Part shown: one piece after another, positions 1-12,770 of the stretch
Numbering within the stretch: the stretch's first letter is position 1
How the letters are laid out: every line of letters begins with the position of its first letter
NCBI GenBank assembly: GCA_951406725.2
Contig: OX597828.1
Coordinates: 26,350,001 to 26,414,000 of the forward strand
Origin: Octopus vulgaris
Taxonomy: Eukaryota
Length of the DNA stretch: 64,000 bases
Direction of reading: 5' to 3'
Program-made: the position numbers and the translations under genes
The notes under the pieces: generated by a model
The model's input: only the letters and a program-made list of their open reading frames with translations
Told to the model about the DNA's origin: nothing
Databases searched by the model: none

Positions 1-563
1 GTCATGTACTAGGGATGGATGAGGAGACATGGGTGAAGAAGTGCCTCTCCCAAACAGTTGGAGGAATCTGGTGTAGAGGTAGACCCAGGAAGACATGGGA
101 TGAGGTGGTCAAGCATGACCTTTGAATGTTGGGCCTCACAGAGGCAATGACGAAAGACCGAGACCTCTGAAGATATGCTGTGACTGTGAAGACCCGGCAA
201 ATAAAGTGAGTTCACGGCTGTATCCTACACCAGTTTTGTATAACCAGCCCCCGCCCATTCAAAAGAATCTTGGATCGTAGGACAACCTGCTATGCTTACC
301 TTGGATCGTTGGGTGGCCTGCTGTACTTGAAGAGACCTTTTGAGTCAAGTACATCAAAATAAAAATCAAAATCAAATGCTGGTAGAAAGTAAAAAGCAGC
401 CACTACACTCACAGAGTGGTTGGCATTAGGAAAGGCATCCAGCTGCAGAAACACTGCCAGATCAGACTGGAGTTTGGTGCAGCCTCCTGGCTTCCCAGAC
501 CCAAGTCAAACTGTCCAACCCATGGCAGCATAGAAAACGGACGTTAAAATATGATGATAATGA
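1..563 (+). mobile_element. 3' end of an RTE-clade LINE (degenerate ORF C-terminus, 3' UTR and (ATG/GAT)n tail); runs off the window start
   Basis: Frame 3..209 reads HVLGMDEETWVKKCLSQTVGGIWCRGRPRKTWDEVVKHDL*MLGLTEAMTKDRDL*RYAV. The GHV-RM...RGRPRKTW...DR..WR pattern is typical of RTE RT C-termini, and there are two in-frame stops. It is followed by the 3' block gagtggttggcattaggaaaggcatccagc...ccaacccatggcagcat...atgatgataatgat, which recurs elsewhere in the window. Confidence 0.9.
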
Positions 564-1893
564 TATATATATATATATATATCAAGATAATCAGTTTTGC
601 TTCCAGTGCTTTCACAAAACAGATCCTTTACGAGTAAACTGATGAGTAAACCAGTTAACTGAAGACCATGGCCTATAAAGAGCATCCTATCCTGAAAAGA
701 AGCTGCTATTTGCATGTATCTATGCATTTCTATTCAATCAGTCAACCATTTCTTTTGTTTTCTTTTATTTTTGAAAAACTTGTTGAGCTTAACAGCACCA
801 ATTCTTCTTTTATCTCCTGCATTCCTATGAGATAAACCACCTCAACATGCTACTATTTACTGTGTCTTTTAGTTCTTAGAGAATCTCTTTTTGCAAGCCT
901 CAGCAGATGTACAGTGGGGTTCTGACCAACAAACAAATATAGGAATGGATCTGTTGCATCTTTTGGATTTAGTTTTCCATTATTTAAATGTCATATAAAA
1001 CCCAGAGGCAGAGATTCCTGAAAAGCATTCTTTGGAAGCTTTTAATACACATTTGATTTTTTTCTTCTTTTTCTGATTAAGAAAAAAATCAACTTCTGCA
1101 GAGAATGTTCAGAGTTAATAGAAACAACCCCAATATACAACTGGTACTCACTGGCCCATAAGGGATCAAAATGCAAAACTAACTTTTACAAACAACATAG
1201 GAGAGCAAGACTAGCTATTATGAGGGTTGTAGCCTATCATTTTCCCCAGTTTCAAACCATATTCTAGTTTGATATTTATAACAAACTTCTAGAAATTATT
1301 TCCTTTGGTTGCTTAGTTTAACCAGAAGAAATGTGGATTAATAATAATAATAAAATGTACATTCCATTTGACCATTATATTATCTAACAATCAAGATAGG
1401 ACCTTGTTGGCTAAGCATCCCAAATTTTCAGTTATTGCTTTCAATCCAATTTTTGCTTTTGGAAATTGTCCAATGGCAAAAGAATATTCATTTCCGCTAG
1501 TCATTTCATTAAACAGATTTTATTCTTTTCTCATTCCTTTTTGTTTTTATAATTCTTTTTTTTTTTTTTTTCAAATTCCCTTCTTTTTCATATAGTCTGT
1601 AGTTACAGATCTTCTAAGTCTTAATAAATACTAAGTAGTTTTAAGTAAGTGACATTGTTTTATTAAAACACTATGCTTATCTTTTGGTTTAGAGATTCTT
1701 CAAATGTCAGATACTATTTCAGAAAATTCCAGTTGCTCATCAGCTTTGCTGTAACCAAAATTATCAGTTCTAAATGTTTAAAGTAATAACAAGAATAAAA
1801 ATTCCCCATATTTACACTAAATTTATAAATACACGGCAAAATAAATTCTGCACAGATTTTAAAATCAGCATTTTTTTTCCATAAGAGAACAAG

Positions 1894-1932
1894 TATATAT
1901 ATATATATATATATATATAAATATAGGGAGAA

Positions 1933-1976
<44 letters not shown>

Positions 1977-1977
1977 A

Positions 1978-2017
<40 letters not shown>

Positions 2018-2040
2018 GAGAGAGACAGACAGACACAGAC
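1894..2040. repeat. Compound microsatellite (TA)n-(GA)n-(GACA)n
   Basis: Read directly from the sequence. Confidence 0.95.
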
Positions 2041-4207
2041 AAGCTGTTCCCTAAGAAGATTATTTAATGAATGAGTTGAAAATAAAATTAACAAGTTCAG
2101 AATGATTTCAGTTACTTTTATTTTCTTCTTCTTCAGGTGTTTGTAATGTGTCCCATCTTAGTTTTCAGGGCATTACTGAAGTGTCTATTGTCTATACAAG
2201 ATTCGCAACAGTTGCAGTCATTTGCAATGTTACCTAATGAAAGGACGACAAAGGTGACAAATTCAGGCAACAGATAAATGTTCAAAGTGGTTAGATTTAC
2301 CACAAAATGAGAAGAATGAATTGTGATGTTCACCTTTTACTTAATAAAATCAAAACCACAATGGTTGAAATAAGAACAAAAATAAAATACAGTTCATAAC
2401 GGACACACAAACACACACATATATATATAGATGTGGTGTTATTTTTTAAAAACTAAAAAAAAATGACACTTGTAATTACAGGCTTGTTTATGATTTTTTT
2501 TTTCCATTCCAATAGTCACGTTTAAAAATAGTTCACTTAATTACACAAATAAATATTTCATTCCACTTCAAAAGTTACATGAGGAATTTAATAACAGGTC
2601 CTTCCTCTCTCTTTAATACAGAGTTTCAGGAATACAGCAGACATTCACCGAGTTAACAATATAGGTATATATAACCATTGACAATAAGGTTGTTGTTGTT
2701 GTTGCTCTTCAAAGTTGAGCCAAATAAAATTCACCTCCTTTTTTTTCTTTCTTTTTTTTTCCACTGATTTTGATATCAAATTTCCTGATAATCTTCATAC
2801 AAAGAAATATATATATATATATATAAAAGGTTGGCGCATCGGAGAAAATCACTTATAATATAAAGAACTTTTTACTATAAAGAGTATTGAAATAAACTGA
2901 TCACACAAATAGAAATATACATTTGTCAAAATTAAGTCAATACTGGTGTAAAACCAATGGCATTCCATTGGAAAATAATAACAGCAGGAAAAAAAAAAAA
3001 GGAAAAGAAAAATTGTTCAGAGTCATAAAACATGTAAGAAATAAACAAGACTTAACACTGCTTTAGAAAACTGCCAACAATACTGAGTTTGCCAGTGAAC
3101 AGCTTAAAAGCCTGCTTTCTATTGTCCACTTATTTCGAACTGTCTCCAATGTGTCAGAGCAAGTCATTTCAAGTAGCAGCCATGGGCCACCTCCACACCC
3201 ATTGTGCTAGGCAATGCAAATGCATATATGGTGCATAAAAGATACATGCTTGGGGGAAAAAGGGAATTCTCCTAGGTCCATGTGAGGTTAGCGATAAGCA
3301 ATCAGTGAAGTCTGCCCAAGGGAAAACAAGTGCCAAAAAGATCTTAAGTCTGTCCAGTATCTTAAGAAGGAAATTTGATGGATCTGGCTGGCAATTCTGC
3401 AAGCATTCAACCTACAAAGATAAGCATTATTAGATAAGGCAGGAATACATTGACAAAAGCCCATGGCTCAAGGCAGCTACTTAGAAGAATATGACCTTTG
3501 TATAGACGGAGAGAAAAATACAGAGAAGCCAGTTAGATTGGAGTCTTTTCAATGTGTTTTTCCATACTGGTATAATTTAAAGTAAGGACAACTGAATAAG
3601 TGATATCTGACTATATTTCAACAGGAGTGTGTCAATGGAAAGAGGTAACAAAACACGAAACCAACACCTTTCACCAGAGCTAAAATCAATTCAGTTATCT
3701 TCCATACAAAACTATGCATTTCTATCTCCACTTCCTTCCAAACGCTATCTCCCCCCACACCTCATCGCACTGTCCACTGCCTTTAGTGAAGCAATACGTT
3801 TGACCTAAACCACAAACCTGATAAGACAATATTGAACAAAAGTATATACAAACACAAGAGATTGATTTTGAATAAATATAGATCTGAAAAGGTAGGAGCA
3901 GAGCAAAAGGAGAGAAAGAAGCATTTTCTCTCCTGTTTACAGGTTGATATACAGAGGTCGATCACATTTTTAACTAGCTTTTATTAAACGAAGAATGTTG
4001 TTCTTCTGTACATGTTATTTTAACAAGAAAGTATTTTTTTCTTTTTTAGACAAAATCATAACTAAATAGATAAATAATAGCAAATATATCGGAGGCAACA
4101 CACATACACACACTCCATTATTTTCTTATATTAATGTGGGTTTGATAGGTTTGTATGCAGAATAGTATATGGGAAAAACTTGAAAATATGTTTTATATGT
4201 ATCCACT

Positions 4208-4244
<37 letters not shown>

Positions 4245-4547
4245 ATGCTATTCAACTTTCTAGCTACAAGCAATGAGATTATCAAGCCACAAAAGATGGT
4301 CTTACATATAGAACTGACTGAAGAAGTTCCAGTCATGGCCACAACACAAGAAATCCAATTAAATGATTTAGGAAAAAATTTATTTCCAAATAAAAATTTT
4401 GTTCTACAAGAAAACAAATATCTTTTTTAAATCCCCCGTTAACTTCAAGTTAATGACTAATTAGCTAATGACAGTTAAATTAGAACTAATTACTGGTCAG
4501 AATTAGGTTGTTTTTTTTTACATTGGTAGGGTATAAATATGCAACAA

Positions 4548-4740
4548 GTTGTTGGTCAGTGCCAGGTCAAGCCTGATTAAGAACTGTGATGAAAGACAAT
4601 CCAGCCATAGCCATCCAAGGAGCATATTTAAGAGCATTATCAAAAAGTGTTCTTTCCTTAAGAAGGTAGGATGCAGTCTCAGGGAGATTTAACTGCTATA
4701 TTTAGTAGGTCAGGTAGGAGCATAACTGCTCCCTCTTTGG
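4548..4740. repeat. Unclassified dispersed repeat (family D), degraded copy
   Basis: caggtcaagcctgattaag...ccagccatagccatcc...gggagatttaactgctatatttag resembles 55362-55595 (same strand) and the reverse-complement copies at 23885, 48965 and 52520. Confidence 0.55.
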
Positions 4741-4900
4741 CCTGAAATAGCTATTAATACAGCTGTGGATGAGATGAAAATATTAAATATAGAAGATCAA
4801 ATGTTGCAATTATAAAAGAATTAAGTGTTATTACACCTTTTTGTGTCTTTTATTCGAAAGGCAACAAAGATAAAATGAAAGTATGTATATTTATAACTTT

Positions 4901-5390
4901 CATCATCATCATTTTTATATCCATTTTCATGCTGGTAATGGTCAGTTGTGTCACGTTCAGTGAAGCAGCTTTCTAATTGTGATTTTTTACCATCTCTTGT
5001 ATAGAACTCAACATCTTGAAATCAGCCCCAGCCACTTCTGCAAACATACACTTTGGCATTCTTCAGGGCCCCTCCTTCTACCAGGAATGTTTGGCACTTT
5101 CCCCCCAAATTACCATTCTTCATATGCATTCCATACCCAACCTTTTAACGCCCTCTTTCTTGCACACACCAGAAAATGTCAAAGGCTTCTGATACCCACT
5201 TTTTCTTTCAACACACTTGTGCTCCATCCTTCATACACAGTGATATTATTCATCCAACCCAGCATACTTGCCTTATGCCTCAATTCTTTCTAGTCTTTGC
5301 TTATTCCTCATGTTTTAAGCCCATGTTCAAATGTCAGCCAAACATGACCACCGTTCGTTCCTCTTGAAAAACAATTAACGAAACGTTACA
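4901..5390 (-). mobile_element. Highly degenerate RTE LINE 3' fragment
   Basis: The minus strand gives frameshifted pieces QRLERIEA..SMLGWMNNI / SVYEGWSTSVLKEKVGIRS / CVQER, resembling the RTE RT C-terminus (RLERNEASMLRWMC..LREKLGI..VQERRLRW). The (CAT)n at ~4901 is the reverse-strand tail. Confidence 0.7.
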
Positions 5391-6089
5391 TTGTCAGTCT
5401 AAGTTTTGAGATAATTCTGTTTTATAATTTCTGTATATAGGAACCTCTGTATTTACAGAGGTTCCAAAATGCATAAAAAACATGAATTTTGATTTCAGGA
5501 CTTTATACAGCGATCAGGCCTCAACAGGATGACATTTCTGCTTGTGATGGAGGAGACTCGTGAATGGTGACTACTGACAACCAGATCATCTTATGCGGCC
5601 CACCAACATCTGGCTATGCTCGTCATGGCAAAACTATGTACACCAGTTCTTCGTATTTTCTTCTATGCTTCTGTTTCACTCATTGCCCTGTCTACAATAT
5701 AGCATTGCTTTCTATGGTTTTTATCAATCAGATTGACCTCAATATTTGCTTCTGTCCGATACTTTATTGATCATTATTGAATGGTTAATTACTGTTTTGA
5801 CATTAAAGACAAGGATCTATCCCAATAAAGAGTCCTAAATACACACACACCCACACATCAAAATCAATTCCCATTTAAGACATATTAGCATAAAAAATGG
5901 ATCTTGAGTGCACAAATATTTATATATGTGTGTGTGTGTGTGTGTGCGTGTTGCAGAGGGTGATAAGTTCAAAAGAAGTTATGTCTGGCCACTTAAAGTA
6001 CGCAAAGGCAAGTTTGAGAGCAAATAAAATATTTAATTCGCAATCATTTGTCCAACAAACTATATTTTGTTTCACCTATGGCTCCTTGG

Positions 6090-6220
6090 GAACTAATGTG
6101 TGTTTGTGTAAGTACACACACACACAAGACTTTTGTATGGTTTCTGTCCACCAATTTCTATCCACAAAGCATTGGTCAACCCAAAGGCTACAACAGAAGA
6201 TCCTTGCCCAGTGTACTACA
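6090..6220 (-). mobile_element. Partial CORE-like tRNA SINE (family B)
   Basis: gtttctgtccaccaatttctatccacaaagcattggtcaacccaaaggctacaacagaagatccttgcccag is the reverse complement of the family B body. Confidence 0.65.
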
Positions 6221-7290
6221 TAAGGAATTGTGTATTTACAATTATTTTGAAATGTCTAAATGGAAAAAAACTGTCAAAGAGACCACAGGGTGGCAAATGT
6301 CAGGTAATGTCTATGTGAAGAATGAACATGCTTTACAAGAAAAATGAAGAGAAAGACAGGTTAGTCCTAAGATCTTCAAAAAGTCCATTAACAGCATACA
6401 GATTCCTTTAACTTGTAGATGTAAATGAAGAACTTATGAATTGCTGAAGTGGGTGGGTAGGTATTATTTGATAGGTTCGTTTCTTTCCAATACCATTGTC
6501 AGTAACATTATTCACTAAAACCTGATTGTCTCTCACGGCTGGAAATTGTTTAGCAAACAATTTCATTTCATGTACTCATTCTCTATCACAACCACACATG
6601 CATATTATACATACATACACACACACATACACACAAATATATGTTAAAAGTGCCAGGAAATAATTTTGTAATTCTTTAAATTTTTATTTTCAGACAATGT
6701 AAAACCAATTTATTGTTTATTGAGAAAACAAAATCAAAAACCAAAATGGAATAAATGAAATGTTTTTTTTCAAAAAAAAATTTCTTTCATTTACATAAAA
6801 TGGATTAAGAAAAGAAGTAATTTTCTAATGGAAGAACTTTTGTTTCTTATTTTTTTATATTTTTTCACCCCACAACATGAAATATCAAGGTAGATGGATT
6901 CAAAATGAAGAAGAAATCAAACAATTTGAAACAACAGCAACAAAACTAACCAACAAAATCTACCCTTCACAGCACAAAATTAAATTGCTGATGAAGAATA
7001 AGAGGTGAAAACTGGTGCAAAATTTCCAGTGTTGGAACAATGATGGTAACGGTTTGTATGGAAAAATAAAAACCATGATAATCTGTTTTGGATTAGCATC
7101 ACCTTTGACCATTTTACGTAATCACATGATAATGGTAGTCAATGTGTTGTTATCAAGCTTCTAACTTCAATTAATTCATGTCATGTTTACTGAGGGTGAT
7201 TCTCAGGGACGGGTCAAGCTCCATCATTGACATCACAATCTGCAAACCATTAATCATAACCATTATTATTATTATTATTATTATTATTAT

Positions 7291-7925
7291 GGCGGCAAGC
7301 TGGCAGAAATGTTAGCACATGGGACAAAATGTTCTGAGGCATTCCATCCACGTTTACATTCTGAGTTCATCTTTGCCTTTCATTCTTTAAGGGTCGATAA
7401 ATTAAGTACCAGTGCTACACTGGGGTTGATGTAATCGCCTAGTCCCCCCCCCCCCACAAATTCGAGGCACAAGCCTCGAGTAGAAAGGATTATACTAAGG
7501 CAGTGAGCGGACAGAAACATTAGCACACTTGACAAAATGCCTGCCAGCATTTCTTCTGGCATTACATTTTGGGTTCAAATTTTGCTGAGGTCGGCTATAC
7601 CTTTCACCTTTTCAGGGTCGATAAAATAAATTGAGTCCTGAAGAAAATTTAATCAACTATCCCGCTCCTCACAAATTCCAGGACTTATACCTTCAGCAGA
7701 AACGACTACTGTTATTATTAGTCCTGCTCTTAGAGTAGTGGGCTGTCGGAATTAGCAGAGAAGTGGAGAAAAATGCCTGAAGATATTTAATAGCAGACAT
7801 TCTTTGCATTTCGAGTTCAAATCCCACTAGAGTCAACTTTGCTTTCCATCTTCTTGGAATTGACAAAATAATCAACTGCACCTGTCCCACAAAATTTCTG
7901 GTTTAGTGACTATGTATGAAATTAT
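7291..7925 (+). mobile_element. Head-to-tail array of three tRNA-derived SINEs (family A, Nin/Deu-like body)
   Basis: Three repeats of head (ggcggcaagctggcagaaatgttagcac; B-box gagttcaaat) plus body gcctttcatcctttcggggtcgataaattaagtacc, starting at ~7291, ~7497 and ~7735 and preceded by (ATT)n. Confidence 0.85.
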
Positions 7926-8599
7926 TATTACTATCACTATAATGGCACAAGGCCAGCAATTTTGAGTGGGTAGGTGAGGGACAGTTAAGGTGATTCCCTT
8001 ATCACTGTTAGCACCGTTATAATAGTAAGGAGCACCACAGAGAAAATCAGTAAAAACTTGCCAGACAAATATCAATTCCTGGTTGAAGTCATTTCCATTT
8101 TCCTAAAAGACTAATTCTTTTCGAAAAAGTATATATATATAACTTATAAAACAAGGGCAAAAGAAAAAAATTCTAATGCCAAATATATATTATATATATA
8201 TATATACACACATATATATATAACACAAAATCATTGCTCTCCTTTCATAAATTTGTAGCTCAAACATTTGCCCTTTAGCTTTTGTATTCTTTTGCCAAAT
8301 ATGACGCTTCTGTTGTTGATGTATTCTTAATCTATACATAAGGGGGAGCATAAGTGTTTGTCCTGTGTGTGATAAATAACCCTGCATATCCAAACCATTC
8401 TTTTTGTTGTTTGTTTTACCACACATAAACAATGACACACAGTCATGGGCTTTCTACTTCTGAGGCAAGCTGTAAGGAACTCGTACAGACAGACAGACAT
8501 CATGTTTTAGGTTCCTAAACCTGGCAGACACCATCTTCTACCAAGTGTGACCACACCCAATTTGAGAAAGTAAGAAAGAGAGAGAGAGAGAGAGAATAA

Positions 8600-8817
8600 G
8601 ATTCTTTACTACCCACAAGGGGCTAAACACAGAGGGGACAAACGGATTAAGTCAATTATATCAACCCCTGTGCATAACTGGTACTTATTTAATCGACCCC
8701 GAAAGGATGAAAAGCAAAGTCGACCTCGGCGGAATTTGAACTCAGAACGTAGCAGCAGACGAAATACTGCTAAGCATTTCGCCCAGCGTGCTAACGATTC
8801 TGCCAGCTCGCCACCTT
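8600..8817 (-). mobile_element. Near-intact family A SINE with 17 bp target-site duplication
   Basis: The reverse complement closely matches 59594-59826. It is flanked by agagagagagagaataa at 8583-8599 and 8818-8834. Confidence 0.93.
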
Positions 8818-8849
8818 AGAGAGAGAGAGAATAAACCCTACTAACTGTG

Positions 8850-9035
8850 TTGCTACTTTATTGACAGTAAAGGACGAAGCTCAATGTTGAATTCAACGTG
8901 ATTTGAACTCAGAGTACCATGAGCCAAACTGCACATACATGTGTGTGTGTGTAAAGAAAACAGAGAAAGGAGATTAAACTAAATACTGCAGAAGCATTTA
9001 GCTCAGTGCTCAGCTCTTTCTGCCAATTACCAATT
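8850..9035 (-). mobile_element. Degraded family A SINE
   Basis: Contains gatttgaactcagag ... agcatttagctcagtgctc ... tctgccaattacc, the reverse of the head and B-box. Confidence 0.6.
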
Positions 9036-9387
9036 CACTGATGAACCAATAATATAAAACAGTACATGTCTTTTAGTTTCTTTCTGTGAATGAATTGAAG
9101 AAAGAAAGAAAGAAAGAAAGAAAGAGAAGACAATTATATCATTTGTCTCATTCATAGCTTTTTGAATCGTTTATAAAAAAAAAAATGTGTTGAATTATTC
9201 AATACCAATTAAACATAACGAAGCAAAATGTAAAATTCTACATAAAGTCCATCTGAAGAATATGATTAAAACAAGGGTCTGCTCATTTCAAATGGACAAT
9301 AATAATAACAACAAAAATAATAATAATAATAATAAAAATAATAATAATAATAATTGCAATAATAATGTGAGAAGAATTGACTCTAGG

Positions 9388-9785
9388 CTAGTTATGGCAG
9401 TGGTTAAGAAGTTTGCTTTGCAAACATGAAGTTCAAAGTTCAATTTCTTTTTCAGTATCTTAGGCAAGTGTCTTCCACTACAAACTCCGAACGACCAATT
9501 ACTTGTGACTGGAATTTGATAGACAGAAACTGTGCAGAAGCCTACTGTATGTGTATGCATGTGTGTGTGAATGTGTGCACACGTGTGTTAGTCTTTACAT
9601 TGGTTTAAAAATTGGTCTTATTTATGTTGTGTCACATTATGCACTGTAACTTAGCGATCCAATGAATAGAGACTGAGAAAATAAGTACTACAGTGTATTG
9701 TGTACTGGCATCAAGATGCTGGAACCTTCAGAAGTGATGGTCACAATGTGTCTGCAGTTTCAGTGACTGGAACCAATAAAACAAT
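9388..9785 (+). mobile_element. Family B CORE-like tRNA SINE with internal (TG)n, degraded
   Basis: A-box tggcagtggttaag, CORE-like tcttaggcaagtgtcttccactac, gatagacagaaactgtg, a microsatellite, then tgtaacttagcgatcc...aataagtact...gtgactggaacc. Confidence 0.75.
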
Positions 9786-11223
9786 AGAAATGGTAATCTG
9801 TCTGCGACAAAAAAGAAGAGCAATATGCAAATTACGGTAGCAAGCACCATAAAATTAGAAGGTAGGCTCTTGGAAGTTGAAAAAAAAATCTACCTTTTTA
9901 CTAATTGAAGCTATGTCAGGTGAAATGCTCTTCTCTTTCGAATGTTGTTAAAACTGATGTCTTTCTACCTCTGTTAAAATATTCAGAAAACAGACAAGAG
10001 TTTGTTTGTTTGTTTCTTTTTTTTTTTTTTTTTCCTAAGCACCAAAGCTTTTCCTCTCCCTTCCAACATTTTTGTAAGTCACCCACCCTGTTAAAATAAC
10101 CCCACCCCCCATCCACACTGCTGCTGCTATCAGCAAAATCAATTGAAGTTTCTGCAAGCATCACTTGCCAGCTAATAAGTAGCATGGCTGAATTGCTGCT
10201 AAGATACCATAACAGATATGGGAATTGACAAATATAATACTATCAAGACTAACACCGAAATAACTTTCCTTAAAGTGTCAGATGGTTGATTGGTCGAAAG
10301 GTATATGAACCTTCCCATATCAACGACTGAGAATCTCTTGGCCATTGTTGTTTTTTTGTCTTTTTTATGTTAGATGGTATAAATAGTCACTTCTAAAAAA
10401 AAAAAAAAGAAAATCCAAAATAGTTGTTTGAATTTTATTATTTGTTGTTTTTTTTTTTCTCTTTTTGGGGGAGGAAGTGGGGGTGGTGGTGGTGCTGAAT
10501 TCCAAAATGCCAATATATTGACCATTTATGATGATGTTAATAATGCATACAAGTAAAAGAAATGACACAATTAGCTGCGAAACAACTCTTTTAGATAGTA
10601 AAAGAGAGAGAGACGGAGAGACAGAGACAGAGAGAGAGAGAGAAAGGTGAAGGGAGAATGACCCCCCTCCCCCAGAAAAACGGATAATTGAAGCTGTAGG
10701 GTTATTATTAATAGTAATGATGTATTAAGAAATTGTTCAGTAAGTTGAGATTTGATTTGCTAACAAGGTGAAACCACATAATGCAAATGTCGGTGGATTG
10801 GCATGTGGGATGGACAGGTGGGGGAGAACAAGTAATTAGCGCCAATGGTAATTATAGTTCTTCATCTGTCACCACGACAACCACTACCACCACCACCGCC
10901 ACCACCACCACCACCACCACCACTTCATATGGTCACTAAAAAACAAAAAAACACAATTAACCAAATTGAGAGAAAGTCAAAACAATTCCCAACCATGATG
11001 TTGGTTTGTATTCAGCAGAAAAGAATTGCTTATCTTAATTTCACAAAAATACAATTCTTTTGCAGTAAGCACAAGACCAGTTTTTCAGCAGGAGAAAAGC
11101 ATTTGGAGATTGATTAGAAAACAGTGTATTACTGGAACTTCATATTTTTTTTATCCAGAGCACCATATTCATAGTTGGATTGGTTTGTTGTTAAACTGGC
11201 TGTAAGTCATATATATATATATA

Positions 11224-11616
11224 CTAGCAGTATCGCCCAGCATTGCTTGGGTCTGTTTCGACCCTTTAGAATTGGAATTTTTGAAAAGTAAAAATTTTGC
11301 ATTATGTAGCTTGTTATTCTCTTTAAGTGAACATTTTTCTGGTTGAAATACACCAAAAAATGGCGACACAGCAGTAAAAAAATCGTAAAAAATAGTGATT
11401 TTCATAGAAAAAAAAGCACCTTTTTGATGTAAATAATTTTTGGTGTTAACATGGTCCGATTTGGATTTTTTCTTCTACGGAAGGAAGAGCAAGCCTTCTT
11501 CTATCATACTCTCAATTTTGGTCAACTTGCGCTGCAGGGTCTCGGAGGAGATAGTGTTAGTTGAAGGCTACCAAACCTGCCATACACAGACAACTTCAGC
11601 TTTATATATAGAGAGA
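11224..11616 (-). mobile_element. Non-autonomous Helitron (~393 bp)
   Basis: On the minus strand it starts TC (tctctctatatataaagctgaagttgtctg) and ends CTAG. It has a subterminal GC-rich hairpin (cccagcattgcttggg, 11236-11251) ~10 nt from the 3' end, is inserted between A and T, and has no TSD. These are the canonical Helitron hallmarks. Confidence 0.85.
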
Positions 11617-11988
11617 TTATACTTTGATACTAAATGGACAGATATCTGATATCAAATAAAATGTTAGACTTCTGAATTAATAACTCCATTTCTTGGAACC
11701 AACTAGATTTGATGGACATAAACAGACAGGTGACTTGTTTGTCTGAAATTGGTCAATTAATATAGAAACCTCTGAAGAGATCCCAATAAGGGTCCCAAAT
11801 CATTTAAGGCTGTTCATCATTTTTTTTAGTCTCCCGAGAAATAAAGAAATGAGACATCCTTATGTGTCAAGGGCAGAGGTTTACACATATGGAAGACACC
11901 ACAAGGGGCAATGAAAACAACAGAACCTGTGATGCAAATAATAAAAGAAAACAAAAAAAGATAAAAATTTAAAATCTAATAATAATAA

Positions 11989-12384
11989 TTCTTTCTAATT
12001 TTGGCAGAAGGCCAACAGGTGTGGGTGTGGGGGAGAGTCAATTACATCAACCCCAGAGGTACCGATTTTATTGACTCTGAATGGGTGAAAGGCAAAGTCA
12101 ACTAAGGCAGAATTTGAACTTGAAGATCTTGGAAGAAATGCTACCAAACTTTTTGTCTGATCCACCAGCACCACATTAATAATAATAATAATCATTTCTA
12201 GTCTAGGCACAAGGGCTGGTATTTTAGTGGGGTGGGATCAGGTTAGCTCAACTGGTACTTTATCAATCTCAAAAGGATGAAAGACAAAGTTGACCTTGGC
12301 AGAATTTGAACTCAGAACATAAAGACAGAAGAAATGCCACTAAGCACATTGTGTATTAACGATGATGCAAGGTCACTGCCACCT

Positions 12385-12386
<2 letters not shown>
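11989..12386 (-). mobile_element. Two tandem family A SINEs (degraded)
   Basis: gaaaggcaaagtcaactaaggcagaatttgaact at ~12087 and aaaggatgaaagacaaagttgaccttggcagaatttgaactcagaac at ~12273, each bordered by (AAT)n. Confidence 0.8.
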
Positions 12387-12415
<29 letters not shown>

Positions 12416-12770
12416 AAAAAGAAAGCTCTTGTAGCTGGTTATTTTCAACAGGATTATATTTGAGATAGAAACAAATAAAACACACACAAAAGAGGAAAAA
12501 ACAGAAACAAGATTATGATATTGATAAAGCTTTATTGAAGATTGGTGCTACAGAAATAACATACACACATGGGGTAAATTTCTTTCTTGTGACACGAATC
12601 TCATGTGGCACAAGATTGGTGGTGGCATGACACTTGAACCAATGGAAAAGATTTTACTTGTTCACTCTTCATTATTCGTTTGACAAATCAAAATTTAAAA
12701 ATATGCCGTGTAGACACACACATGCACATAGAAATACACATTCATGCAGACTCACACACACACATATATA

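Noticed and set aside
10845-11117. Poly-proline ORFs (also 19273..19527, 51590..51808) as formin- or extensin-like exons
   Set aside because: They are (CCA)n or G-run microsatellites without splice signals or flanking protein-like sequence.
12584-12615. Small hairpin tcttgtgacac/gtggcacaaga
   Set aside because: An 11 bp stem with a mismatch is plausible by chance in 64 kb and too short for a miRNA precursor.
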